Shown piece after piece: positions 48,299-57,530 of a DNA stretch of 64,000 nt (its first letter is position 1; each line of letters begins with the position of its first letter). The DNA lies in assembly GCA_963720265.1 (NCBI GenBank), contig CAVRET010000002.1:264704-328703 (forward strand), given 5' to 3'. A program made the position numbers and the translations under genes. Source of the stretch: an uncultured bacterium. GTDB lineage: Bacteria; Patescibacteriota; Saccharimonadia; UBA4664. A model generated the notes under the pieces. The model made no database searches. It was not told the origin of the DNA and saw only the letters and a list, made by a program, of their open reading frames with translations.

Positions 48299-48742
48299 AT
48301 GTACGAGAAATATTCCGATGCCGCCCGACGCGTCGTTGTTCTGGCGCAGGAACAGTGTCTCGCGCTCGGACACCCCACAATTGGGACTGGGCATATCCTG
48401 CTCGGTCTGCTACTTGAAGAATACGGAGTGGCCGGCCGGGTGCTGAGGTCGCTTGGCATTACGGGTGATCAGGTTCGCAGGCATCTGGCTCCGGCCGGCG
48501 AGCCGGTACGGCCACGGTCGAGTGCAAAGGTCCCGTTCACATATACGGCCGAACGGCTCCTCAACATCTCGCCTGATGCGCTAATAACCGGCACCAGCGA
48601 AACTGGGACCGAGCATCTACTGCTCGGCATAATCAGGCTGGACGAGTGCGACGCCGCGCTGGCTCTGCTCCGGCTCGGGGTTTCGGACGATCAGCTCAGG
48701 CGCTGCATCAACGACGAGCGGGCCGTACCGCTTCCTGACTGA
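48299..48742 (+). CDS. Stand-alone ClpC N-terminal domain protein (actinobacterial ClpC1-like)
   Basis: MYEKYSDAARRVVVLAQE...IGTGHILLGL...VPFT...GTEHLLLGII; two Clp-N repeats, no AAA domain; SD ACAGGAG; 14-bp hairpin 48760..48796. Confidence 0.88.
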   Translation: MYEKYSDAARRVVVLAQEQCLALGHPTIGTGHILLGLLLEEYGVAGRVLRSLGITGDQVRRHLAPAGEPVRPRSSAKVPFTYTAERLLNISPDALITGTSETGTEHLLLGIIRLDECDAALALLRLGVSDDQLRRCINDERAVPLPD

Positions 48743-48804
48743 AACCCATCCACCCGCACCCGGCGGTAGCGCTCACAGATGAAGCGCTACCGCCGGAGTT
48801 ACGT

Positions 48805-50199
48805 TTACACCTGCACCGTGCTCAGTCGCTCGCGCAAACTCTGCACGTCCGCGCGCAAATTTTCATCTGTCTCAATCTGTCGCTCCACCTTGCGTACCGA
48901 ATGAATGGCCGTGGTGTGGTCCCGCCCACCAACGGCCGCCGCAATCTTGGGGTAACTTAAGCTCATAATGTCGTGCATGAGAAACATTGCCACCTGCCTA
49001 GGCGCCACAATGTCTTTATCGCGCTTCGGCCCGCACAGATCCGGCACCGATACATCATAGTAGCCCGCCACTCGCTCCAAAATTGCCTTGGCCGTGGTCG
49101 GCCTGAGCTTCGGCCGCGCCGCCACCTCGCTCGCGAGCAATTGTTGAACCCGATGCAGGCTCGGCTCAGTGTGGTTATGTTCGCAATCGGCCAGGACCTT
49201 GGTGAGTGTACCCTCGAGCTCGCGAATGTTGCTTTGAGCGTGCCGGGCAATAAAGTCCACCACCTCAAGCGGAAACACCACGGCGCTCGCCTGTGATTTG
49301 GCCTGAATAATCGCCGCCCGCGTCTCTAGGTCCGGTGGCTGGATATCGACCGTAATCCCCATCGCAAACCGGCTCCGCAGTCGGTCCTCAATCTGCATCA
49401 ATTGCTGCGGCGGCTTATCACTTGAGATAATAATCTGCTTATTGGCCTGGTGTAGTGCGTTAAAGGTGTGGAAGAACTCGTCTTGCGTCTTCTCTTTGCC
49501 GGCCAAAAACTGCATGTCATCAATGATCAGCACATCCACATTGCGGTACTTATCGGTAAATGCCGAGTTCTTCTTTTTCTGAATCGCGTTAATAAACTCG
49601 TTCGTAAACGACTCAATGCTCACATATTCAATCCGTTTCGTCGCGTCGCGTTCCAAAATCGCGTTGCCCACGGCTTGCATGAGATGGGTCTTGCCCAAGC
49701 CCACGCCACCATAAATAAAGAGGGGATTGTACTTTGTGCCCGGGTTCTTGGCCACGGCCTGCGCCGCCGCATGCGCAAAGTCGTTCGACGAGCCGACCAC
49801 AAACGTATCAAACACATAACGCGGATTAAGGTTCGAATTGGCCACCGGTACAGCCTGCAAACTGGTTTGCGCTGGATTATGGTCCACTACCCGTCCGGCG
49901 CTGCGGGCACCACCCGGCTTCACTGCGGTCGCCGGAGCGGCGCCCTCGGCTTTACCCACCACCCGGTACTCCACCGTGTGAATCTGGCCGTCCAGCTTCG
50001 CCAAGGCTTCCTTAATCTGGCTGTGGTATTTATTCTCGAGCCACTGCTTGTTAAAAATATTGGGCACGCCCACCACCACCCGGCCGGCCTCATTGGAAAC
50101 GATGTACGTTGGCTTCAACCACGTCAGGTAATGTCCCCGGGTCACGCTGAGCTCCAGCTCACCAAGGACAGACCGCCACAACCCCTTCACATCTTGCAC
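48805..50199 (-). CDS. dnaA: Chromosomal replication initiator DnaA
   Basis: YNPLFIYGGVGLGKTHL, IDDMQF, RLRSRF, NIRELEG, GGRDHTT. Confidence 0.99.
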   Translation of the reverse strand: MQDVKGLWRSVLGELELSVTRGHYLTWLKPTYIVSNEAGRVVVGVPNIFNKQWLENKYHSQIKEALAKLDGQIHTVEYRVVGKAEGAAPATAVKPGGARSAGRVVDHNPAQTSLQAVPVANSNLNPRYVFDTFVVGSSNDFAHAAAQAVAKNPGTKYNPLFIYGGVGLGKTHLMQAVGNAILERDATKRIEYVSIESFTNEFINAIQKKKNSAFTDKYRNVDVLIIDDMQFLAGKEKTQDEFFHTFNALHQANKQIIISSDKPPQQLMQIEDRLRSRFAMGITVDIQPPDLETRAAIIQAKSQASAVVFPLEVVDFIARHAQSNIRELEGTLTKVLADCEHNHTEPSLHRVQQLLASEVAARPKLRPTTAKAILERVAGYYDVSVPDLCGPKRDKDIVAPRQVAMFLMHDIMSLSYPKIAAAVGGRDHTTAIHSVRKVERQIETDENLRADVQSLRERLSTVQV

Positions 50200-50248
50200 G
50201 TACTCACCACTCCTCAAACGTTACCTTCGATCATAAAGAACCCAAGCT

Positions 50249-50370
50249 TTTTCCACAACGCTGACAACCCCTGGCATTTCGTGGTCTGACTTATCCACTA
50301 AAACCGAACGCTTACAGATAGAGAGCCGGTGGATAAACCGCAAGCTGTTTGGGGACAAAAGCAGGGGATA
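50249..50370. promoter_or_regulatory. DnaA-box cluster upstream of dnaA
   Basis: TTTTCCACA (50249), TTATCCACT (50291), GGTGGATAA (50328) and weaker copies. Confidence 0.7.
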
Positions 50371-50520
50371 GCCTGAGGAAACTAGACAGATAGGAGTATA
50401 AGGGTCATAATAATACAGTTCGATTGACAATCTGCCCGATACGAGGACAGTTTTTCATCCGCCACCGAGGGCTTACTCCATCAATGGAGCTCAAAATGCT
50501 CTGAACAGGAGGTGGCCCCA

Positions 50521-50757
50521 ATGGCTTCCGACAACAGTACCAGGACCGTCGCCGGCTTCTTCGACATGAACACCGATGACGCCGTCTGGAACGACTGGGC
50601 GACAATCGAGAACATGTTGTAGGCGCTCAAGCAGCGCCTACATGAGGCGTGGTCGTACACGAATCCTGAGTTTCGCCACATCGTGCGCTGGCTCGCGCAT
50701 CTCCAGGGCGGAGTCATCTTCACCGCGCTGCCCGAGCACTCAAGTTATAATGCTTGA
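50521..50757 (+). pseudogene. Cassette ORF interrupted by an in-frame TAG (or a 33-aa peptide ending at 50622)
   Basis: Promoter TAGACA-17-CATAAT; SD ACAGGAGGT; the frame stays open for 44 codons after the TAG at 50620. Confidence 0.5.
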
Positions 50758-50850
50758 GCTTTCAGGTGACACCCGAGTGCGTGAGTACCGCAACCAAAGC
50801 GGTGCCACACCGTTGACGGATCCTCCCAGATACCGTAAACTAGCTCCGTT

Positions 50851-50988
50851 ATGTCAAAGCGAACATACCAACCCAAGAAACGCCGCCGTCAGCGCGTCCA
50901 CGGCTTCATGAGCCGCATGGCCACGCGTGCCGGACGGTTGGTATTAAAGCGCCGGCGCCTCAAGGGCCGGAACCGCGTCGCCATTTAG
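50851..50988 (+). CDS. rpmH: 50S ribosomal protein L34
   Basis: [40 protein letters not shown]; below the ORF-track length cut-off. Confidence 0.97.
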   Translation: MSKRTYQPKKRRRQRVHGFMSRMATRAGRLVLKRRRLKGRNRVAI

Positions 50989-50999
50989 CCTCAGGAATT

Positions 51000-51344
51000 A
51001 TGCTTGCCAAACCCTATCGTCTCCGTTCCAGCGCTGATATTGCGCGGGTCTACAAACGTGGGCAGTATGGTGCAAGCCAAGGGGTGATTTCAGTTAAGGC
51101 GGCGGCGTCCGGCCGTAATTATTGTCGCGCGGTCATTGTGGTAAGCAAAAAAGTCGACAAGCGGGCCGTGGTTCGCAATCGTATTCGTCGCCGCCTTGCC
51201 AGTGAACTTGAGCGCCGCTGGGCGACACTGACGCCGGGTTACGATATAGTGGTAAGTGTCCATTCAGATATTAGTATGTTGCCCGCGCCCGAGCTTAAAG
51301 AGCATCTAACGCGGGCACTTACAAAGGTTGGTCTGAATACTTAA
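51000..51344 (+). CDS. rnpA: Ribonuclease P protein component
   Basis: VSKKVDKRAVVRNRIRRRL; synteny with rpmH. Confidence 0.95.
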   Translation: MLAKPYRLRSSADIARVYKRGQYGASQGVISVKAAASGRNYCRAVIVVSKKVDKRAVVRNRIRRRLASELERRWATLTPGYDIVVSVHSDISMLPAPELKEHLTRALTKVGLNT

Positions 51345-51368
51345 AGGTTTGGAGCAAACGTTTCGCCC

Positions 51369-52184
51369 ATGTGGTTTACCGTCATCTTAATTCAGCCCAT
51401 TTTTAATCTGCTGGCGCTCATCTACGCGGTGGTACACGATTTTGGCCTGGCCATCATTATCCTCACCATTCTGATCCGCGGGCTGCTCTGGCCGCTTGTT
51501 AGCCGCCAACTCCATTCCCAGCGCGCACTCCAAGACCTCCAACCTGAACTCAAGAAAATTAAAGACCAGGCCAAAGGCGACCGTCAGCTCGAAGGCAAGC
51601 TCACTATGGAGCTCTACAAAGAGCGCGAGATCAACCCGTTTGCGTCATTTTTGCCCCTGCTCATCCAGTTACCCATCTTCTTCGCTCTGTTTGTCGTCCT
51701 GAAGGATGTTACCCATGTCCAGGACATTGAAAAGCTAGCCTACCCATTTGTGAAGCATCTGCCCGCCATCGCCGAGATTATTGATAAGAAGATCGCCTTC
51801 CATCCCACGTTTCTTGGGTTTATTAATCTGACCAAACCGTCGTGGGTGTTAGCCCTGCTGGCCGGTCTAGCGCAGTTTGTGCAAACCAAGCAAATTACAC
51901 CCAAGGCGCAGCCGGACGATCAACAGGCCCAAATGATGGCCGGCATGGTGTATATCTTTCCTGTGCTAACATTCTTCATTGGTCTGTCGCTGCCGTCCGC
52001 GCTGTCGTTGTATTGGACCACCGCGAGCCTCATGGCCATTTTGCAGCAATACCTCGTGCTGGGACGAGACGTCCAAGAGATGGAAGAGGCCATCGACGCT
52101 CTGCCCGCAGGGGCAGCTTCGAAGTCGGGGTCTGGGCGTTCCAAAGCGAAGAGTCAGGGTAAAAAGAAGGAGGCAAAAGCATGA
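51369..52184 (+). CDS. yidC: Membrane protein insertase YidC
   Basis: FGLAIIILT, LQPELKKI, NPF...LPLLIQLPI, LYW. Confidence 0.95.
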   Translation: MWFTVILIQPIFNLLALIYAVVHDFGLAIIILTILIRGLLWPLVSRQLHSQRALQDLQPELKKIKDQAKGDRQLEGKLTMELYKEREINPFASFLPLLIQLPIFFALFVVLKDVTHVQDIEKLAYPFVKHLPAIAEIIDKKIAFHPTFLGFINLTKPSWVLALLAGLAQFVQTKQITPKAQPDDQQAQMMAGMVYIFPVLTFFIGLSLPSALSLYWTTASLMAILQQYLVLGRDVQEMEEAIDALPAGAASKSGSGRSKAKSQGKKKEAKA

Positions 52185-52639
52185 CTGACACGACCGAACT
52201 TGCCAAGCAGCGACTCGAGGAATTAGTCGCCTTCTTTGGCGCCAACGTCGAGGTCGAGGTAAAACTGACCGACGACGGCATTGAGCTCAATATTGACACT
52301 ACTCCGGCGAGCCCCAAGCTTATCGGTCATCGCGGTGACACCTTGCGCGCTCTCGAATTTCTGGTTGGCCAAATGGTTAAGCGTGAGGATCCATCCGCAC
52401 CCCGCATTCTCTTGGACATCGCCGGCTACAAGCAAGCCCGTCGCGATTCGCTAATGCAGCTCGCCGCTGACATCGCCGAGCGCGTCAAATCCACCCAGCA
52501 AGAGGAAGAACTCAAGCCCATGAACCCGGCCGAACGCCGCATCGTCCACATCGCCTTGCGCGAGATCGACGGCGTCGAAACCGAATCCCGCGGCATCGAC
52601 CGTGAGCGCCGCATTGTCATCAAGCCCATCACCACCTAA
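52181..52639 (+). CDS. jag: Jag/KhpB RNA-binding protein (KH and R3H domains only)
   Basis: LIGHRGDTLRAL, PMNPAERRIVH; synteny after yidC. Confidence 0.9.
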   Translation: MTDTTELAKQRLEELVAFFGANVEVEVKLTDDGIELNIDTTPASPKLIGHRGDTLRALEFLVGQMVKREDPSAPRILLDIAGYKQARRDSLMQLAADIAERVKSTQQEEELKPMNPAERRIVHIALREIDGVETESRGIDRERRIVIKPITT

Positions 52640-52654
52640 TTAAACACGCGGCTG

Positions 52655-53794
52655 CTAGCGCCCGGCAGTACGGTAAACCTGAAGCGTGGTTTCGGCAACC
52701 GTGTCCCAGGAAAATTCGCCTACCCGTTTGCGGCCGCGTTGCGTAAGCAAAAGCCGTAGCTTGTCGGAGCTAAGCAGTGTTGTCATCTTGGCCGTCAGTT
52801 CAGTCGTGTTGCCGGGATCAAAATACTCGGCCGCATCGCCATATACTTCGGGCAGACACGATGCCCTGGCCGCCAGCACCGGCACACCCGCTGCCATGGC
52901 CTCGAGTCCCTGCAAGCCAAAGCCCTCGGATAACGACGGGTTCACATACAAGCTGGCAGCGGCATACAGCATGCGCAAATCCTCGTCGCTCACCGCACCA
53001 GTAAATATCACGCGCTGATCGAGCTTCAAGCCCGCCACCCGCTGTTTTAGCAATTCGCGGAAATAATCATTCCGACCCACCACCACCAGTTTTAGGCCGA
53101 CCCGAGCGCCCACCGCCCCTGCAAATGCATCTACCAGCCGGTCGACGTTCTTGTACGGGTAGCAATTACCCACATACAGTACATAATTGCCGCCCTCAAG
53201 ACCCAGCCGCTGCATGAGCGCGGCGGCAGCATTTTGGGAGACCTCATGCTGCGCCGGCTCATCCATGGCCTCGGGCGTAACGGTAATGCGCTTAGGCGGC
53301 AAATTATAGCGCTGCACCAGCTGTCGCTTCACATAATCGGTTGGGGTAAAAATTGTACGCGAATGCTTGACACCCCACCACAAAACGAAGCGAAATGGTA
53401 ATTTTTTAGCTTCGTGAAGCCATTTTTCGAACCCTTTACCTCGCGCCGTTGAATACAGCAGCAAGGTTAGGTCGTGTACGGTAGTGACCCGCCGTCTAAA
53501 GTACAGCAGGGGAGCGTTGGGTGCCGGAAAGTGCACTACATCCGGCCGCAGTGTGTACAATTTCCACGCCAGGCCCAACTGCTCGGCCAGAGAGTAGGGG
53601 AGGGCAGGGGCTAATACTTTGCGAAAGTTCTTACGCTCCGGCTCATAATCATTCCAGTTTTCGCGTCCCACTAGGACCACATATTCGTTTTCAGTATCGA
53701 GCCGTTCGAGCTCAGCCAACAAATGCTGCAAATAGCGCCCAATGCCGGTCCAACGCCGCGGCCCGTACATTCTGGCGTCGATCACAATTCTCAT
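52655..53794 (-). CDS. Glycosyltransferase family 4
   Basis: TGIGRY, TVHDL, PSLSEGFGL..LEAMAAG. Confidence 0.92.
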   Translation of the reverse strand: MRIVIDARMYGPRRWTGIGRYLQHLLAELERLDTENEYVVLVGRENWNDYEPERKNFRKVLAPALPYSLAEQLGLAWKLYTLRPDVVHFPAPNAPLLYFRRRVTTVHDLTLLLYSTARGKGFEKWLHEAKKLPFRFVLWWGVKHSRTIFTPTDYVKRQLVQRYNLPPKRITVTPEAMDEPAQHEVSQNAAAALMQRLGLEGGNYVLYVGNCYPYKNVDRLVDAFAGAVGARVGLKLVVVGRNDYFRELLKQRVAGLKLDQRVIFTGAVSDEDLRMLYAAASLYVNPSLSEGFGLQGLEAMAAGVPVLAARASCLPEVYGDAAEYFDPGNTTELTAKMTTLLSSDKLRLLLTQRGRKRVGEFSWDTVAETTLQVYRTAGR

Positions 53795-54483
53795 ACGGGC
53801 GACCCGCCGCCCAGCCGTTTGCGCAGTTTCTTGGCCCGCTTCACCACCGCGGTGCCGGCGTGCACGAGCATATTGGCGCGGTTCGTTGCAAACTCCGCCG
53901 CGCGCAAATTCTTGGCAAATTCCTCAGCACTCGCAAACGGCTTGATCAGGCAGGTTGCATTACCATACTCAGTGGTCCAATGCGCATCGCTCACCACATA
54001 ACCGTGCAGCTTATTGCGCGCCACAAATTGTGCTGCAGCCTCATTATCAGCCGCAAACACGCACCGAGCGTTAAATACCTCCACAAAATCCACGTCGTGC
54101 TTGATCCGCTCCAGCACCGCACCGCCCATGGCCTCGTGCCTCAGTCGGTCAAACGGGTGGGGGACCATGGCCAGGCCGCCTTGGGCATGGATCTGCCTGA
54201 TCGTTTCTTCGACCGGCAGCCGCGGCTCAATCCGCTCTGTTAAAAACAATCCAATCAAGTCGCCGTCAGCCGTCGCAATCTCTTCGCCCACAATCACGCG
54301 TAAACCTTCCGGAGCCATCGCGCTCAATCTCACCGCGCCTGCGATTTCGTTGTGGTCGGTCAGTGCTACCACATCCACACCCGCTCGCCGGCACGCCTCA
54401 ACCAGCCGTGTGAGCTTCAAATTCGAGTCCTTTGAGTAATAACTGTGGCAGTGCAAATCCGCCCGTAAGCTATCCTGGCTCAC
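53791..54483 (-). CDS. PHP-domain phosphoesterase
   Basis: DLHCHS..S.DS, ALTDHN, GEEI, HPFD, SDAH. Confidence 0.9.
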   Translation of the reverse strand: MSQDSLRADLHCHSYYSKDSNLKLTRLVEACRRAGVDVVALTDHNEIAGAVRLSAMAPEGLRVIVGEEIATADGDLIGLFLTERIEPRLPVEETIRQIHAQGGLAMVPHPFDRLRHEAMGGAVLERIKHDVDFVEVFNARCVFAADNEAAAQFVARNKLHGYVVSDAHWTTEYGNATCLIKPFASAEEFAKNLRAAEFATNRANMLVHAGTAVVKRAKKLRKRLGGGSPV

Positions 54484-54492
54484 ATAACCTCG

Positions 54493-55554
54493 CTAAAAAA
54501 CTTGCTTGGCCACGCCCAAAATACCCTGCTTCCACGGCACCCGGTGCGTCACGCCCGATTGGTGGGCAAATTTGTCATAATTGGCCAAATACCATTGGTA
54601 GTTACGCACCATCGCTTGCTTGTTCGAATACTTGGGAGCATAGCCCAGCACTGTTTGCGCCTTCTCAATCGATACAAACGAATCTTTCGATGCCGTTTCG
54701 TACACCCACTTATAAAGAGGGGAGATGTGCAGCGCTTCAAGTACCCGTAGGGTAAAAATCGCCGGTCCGGCCGGCAAACCAATGATGTGTTTGCCGTGGC
54801 CCGCCTCGTCCAGCACTGCTTGGTAATCTTCTCGCATGGTCGTAAATTCCTTCGCGCCGATGTTAAACACATCGTTGGCCGCATCGGCCGGCCTCGTCAT
54901 GCACAAGTAAATCGCTTCACACAAATCCTCAACATCAAGCAACTGGTAGCGGTTCTTGCCGTTGCCAAGAATAGGGAAGTTGTGCCCATCGCGTGCCCAG
55001 TCGTAAAACAGCGCAAACACCCCCAGTCGCTCCGGCCCCACAAACGATTTGGGTCGCACAATGGAAACCACCAGGCCCTTATCGCGAAAACTGGCCGCCA
55101 GTTTTTCGGCCTCAATCTTGGCCTTACCATACGGCCCCACGCCGACCATCGGGTCAGTCTCATACAACGGGTGGTGATCCGGTACGCCGTAAACTGCCGT
55201 TGATGAAATATAGACAACACGCTCCACCTTGTTGGCCAGCGCCGCCTCCATCACATTGCGCGTGCCGTCCACGTCGGTCGTGCGAATGTCGTGTTCGCTA
55301 TACAACGGCAACGCTGCTGCCGTATGCACCACAAAGTCGCTCCCAGCCATTGCTTTTACGAGGGCTTCCTTGTCCCGAATATCACCCGTCACCTCGGCAA
55401 TCTTATCCTTTTCTGGGTAATCGAACGGTAAGAGGTCATAAGACACCACCCTATACCCCTTGTCAAGCAAATGCCGAACCAAATTAATTCCTAGAAATCC
55501 AGCGCCGCCGGTAACAAAAACCGTCTTTTGCGGTTGCCCCATATCATCTCCCAT
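54493..55554 (-). CDS. NAD-dependent epimerase/dehydratase (extended SDR)
   Basis: TGGAGFLG, SSTAVYG, YGKAK. Confidence 0.92.
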   Translation of the reverse strand: MGDDMGQPQKTVFVTGGAGFLGINLVRHLLDKGYRVVSYDLLPFDYPEKDKIAEVTGDIRDKEALVKAMAGSDFVVHTAAALPLYSEHDIRTTDVDGTRNVMEAALANKVERVVYISSTAVYGVPDHHPLYETDPMVGVGPYGKAKIEAEKLAASFRDKGLVVSIVRPKSFVGPERLGVFALFYDWARDGHNFPILGNGKNRYQLLDVEDLCEAIYLCMTRPADAANDVFNIGAKEFTTMREDYQAVLDEAGHGKHIIGLPAGPAIFTLRVLEALHISPLYKWVYETASKDSFVSIEKAQTVLGYAPKYSNKQAMVRNYQWYLANYDKFAHQSGVTHRVPWKQGILGVAKQVF

Positions 55555-55572
55555 TATGCTGATTAATCTTTA

Positions 55573-56571
55573 TTATACCTTAGGCGAATTCACCGCCGGC
55601 ACGACCCTACTAAACTTCGCTTCGCTCGCATTGTAACGACGCTCGGCCAGTACCAAGAATACTGCTCCCAGGCCGACGCCAAACCACAGCGTGGCCGCAC
55701 GGATAATAATCGCCGCCAGCGCCGCCGTCCCGGTCGAAATCCCGAGCACTTTGAGCAGTCCAGTTAAGGCGCCTTCAGTCGTGCCGAGTCCCCCGGGTAA
55801 GAGCGTCACGGCGCCCACAATCGTCGAAAACGCATACACAAACATCGCCACCCACCACATTTGGTGCAACCCCAGGCCTGCGAGTGTCAGGTAAAACCCA
55901 GTCCCCTCGCAGCCCCATGCCACCACCGCGAGCAATATCGGCACAGTCACCCGCCGCCAGTCAAGCAATGTGGCCGACGATTCATACAACTGCTCCGCAT
56001 GCTCCATTTTCCGACCAATGCCGGGGGCGTGCTCCAGGTGTCGGAGCACCCACCGGCCCAACGGCCGAATCGCCAGCACCGCAAACAACAATGCTACCCC
56101 GACGCTCACCGCCCACACAAACGTCTCACCGTAGTGGTAGCTAAATACCCCGATCGCGCACAACAGCACGAGCGCAACCAAATCACTCAAACGGTCGGCC
56201 ACCACAATCGGCGCCGATCGCGTCACCGGCACCTCAAACCCTTCTTTCAAAAAGTGCGACCGCACCACTTCCCCGAGTTTGCTCGGCGTCAGCGACAACC
56301 CCAACCCGCTCATAAAAATAGTGAACGAGTCGCGCTGCGGCAACTTAAGCTTAAGTGTCCGCAGATAGTACTGCCATTTCAAGAACCGCATCCCGTAGTT
56401 GCCCAGCGAAAACATCAAAATAACCGGCAGATAGTCCCACTTAAAGCTCGCCAACTCGTGCTTGCCGGAGAGCAGCCAGATCGACACTGCCACATACAGC
56501 AGTACCCCGATTGCAATCGGCCAAATCGCCTTTGAGATCAGTCCCTTAAGTGAATAGTCGATGGTTGCCAT
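55573..56571 (-). CDS. Lysylphosphatidylglycerol-synthase TM / flippase-like protein (UPF0104)
   Basis: RFLKW, TPSKLGEVVR, DRLSD, PGGLGTTE, R...LW. Confidence 0.85.
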   Translation of the reverse strand: MATIDYSLKGLISKAIWPIAIGVLLYVAVSIWLLSGKHELASFKWDYLPVILMFSLGNYGMRFLKWQYYLRTLKLKLPQRDSFTIFMSGLGLSLTPSKLGEVVRSHFLKEGFEVPVTRSAPIVVADRLSDLVALVLLCAIGVFSYHYGETFVWAVSVGVALLFAVLAIRPLGRWVLRHLEHAPGIGRKMEHAEQLYESSATLLDWRRVTVPILLAVVAWGCEGTGFYLTLAGLGLHQMWWVAMFVYAFSTIVGAVTLLPGGLGTTEGALTGLLKVLGISTGTAALAAIIIRAATLWFGVGLGAVFLVLAERRYNASEAKFSRVVPAVNSPKV

Positions 56572-57433
56572 ACAGATAGATAAACACTACACTACCGATC
56601 CACACGGCGAGGCACAAGATGAGTGGCCGGTCGCTCACCGCCAGTTGTACCGGATCGCCGCCCTCGTTGCGGTTATACAACAGGTAATAATACCTCAGTA
56701 CGCCAAACACTACTATTGGCGTCGTATACACGAGTCGCTGGGTACCAAACCGCTTCACCACCTCTGGGTCAATCGTATAAAACGCATAAAACACCACCGC
56801 GATCCCGGCCGACAGCGCCAGCATTTGGTCAATAAAGCGATCGGTGTATTCAGTCGCCGACTTACGGTGCTTTTGCTTCTCGTCGGCGGGCAATCCCATC
56901 TCATCTTTGCGCTTGCCAAAAGCGATAAACAAAGCTCCAAAGAACGTGCACAGCAATATCCAGTGCGACAGTGGTACCCGAATCGCATATGCCCCGGCCA
57001 TCACCCGGATCACAAATCCCAGCGCCACAATCATCACATCGAGAATCGGCACATGCTTGAGCCACATCGAATAGGCCAGGTTCATGACCGCATACACCAC
57101 GGCCACCGCCAGGACCTTCACTCCCACCAGCGCCGCCACACCGAGGCCCAACGCAAACAACCCCACTCCCACTGCAAGCGCTGCTTTCACGCTAATCTTG
57201 CCGGCCGCAATCGGCCGCAGCCGCTTCTTGGGGTGGTGCCGATCACTTTCGCGGTCGGCGATATCATTAATCACGTACACGGCCGAACTCAGCGCGCAAA
57301 ACGCTAGTATTGCCATGAGCAGCCGCACTAGATTCTCAAGCGTATAGGCAAACGCAAACACCATTGGCGCCGCTAGCAACAGATTCTTAATCCAATGCTT
57401 CGGCCGCAGCAGCTTAATCCAGTCCACAATCAT
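56546..57433 (-). CDS. Polyprenyl-phosphate phosphoribosyltransferase (UbiA family, Rv3806c-like)
   Basis: LRPKHWIKN, YVINDIADRESDRHHPKKRLRPIAAG, YSMWLKH, GFVIRV, GKRKDE. Confidence 0.9.
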   Translation of the reverse strand: MIVDWIKLLRPKHWIKNLLLAAPMVFAFAYTLENLVRLLMAILAFCALSSAVYVINDIADRESDRHHPKKRLRPIAAGKISVKAALAVGVGLFALGLGVAALVGVKVLAVAVVYAVMNLAYSMWLKHVPILDVMIVALGFVIRVMAGAYAIRVPLSHWILLCTFFGALFIAFGKRKDEMGLPADEKQKHRKSATEYTDRFIDQMLALSAGIAVVFYAFYTIDPEVVKRFGTQRLVYTTPIVVFGVLRYYYLLYNRNEGGDPVQLAVSDRPLILCLAVWIGSVVFIYLYGNHRLFT

Positions 57434-57530
57434 TACTCTCAAGGTATCACAATCCGCACCGGCCTTGCCCCATCTGCCTGATCAAAGATGATTGTTTGGG
57501 CACAAGCGCTTTGATATGCTCGAAACTACG

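Noticed and set aside
46650-52184. Genetic code 25 (TGA read as Gly)
   Set aside because: Conserved genes such as yidC and recF end normally at TGA, and no core gene is broken by an in-frame TGA.
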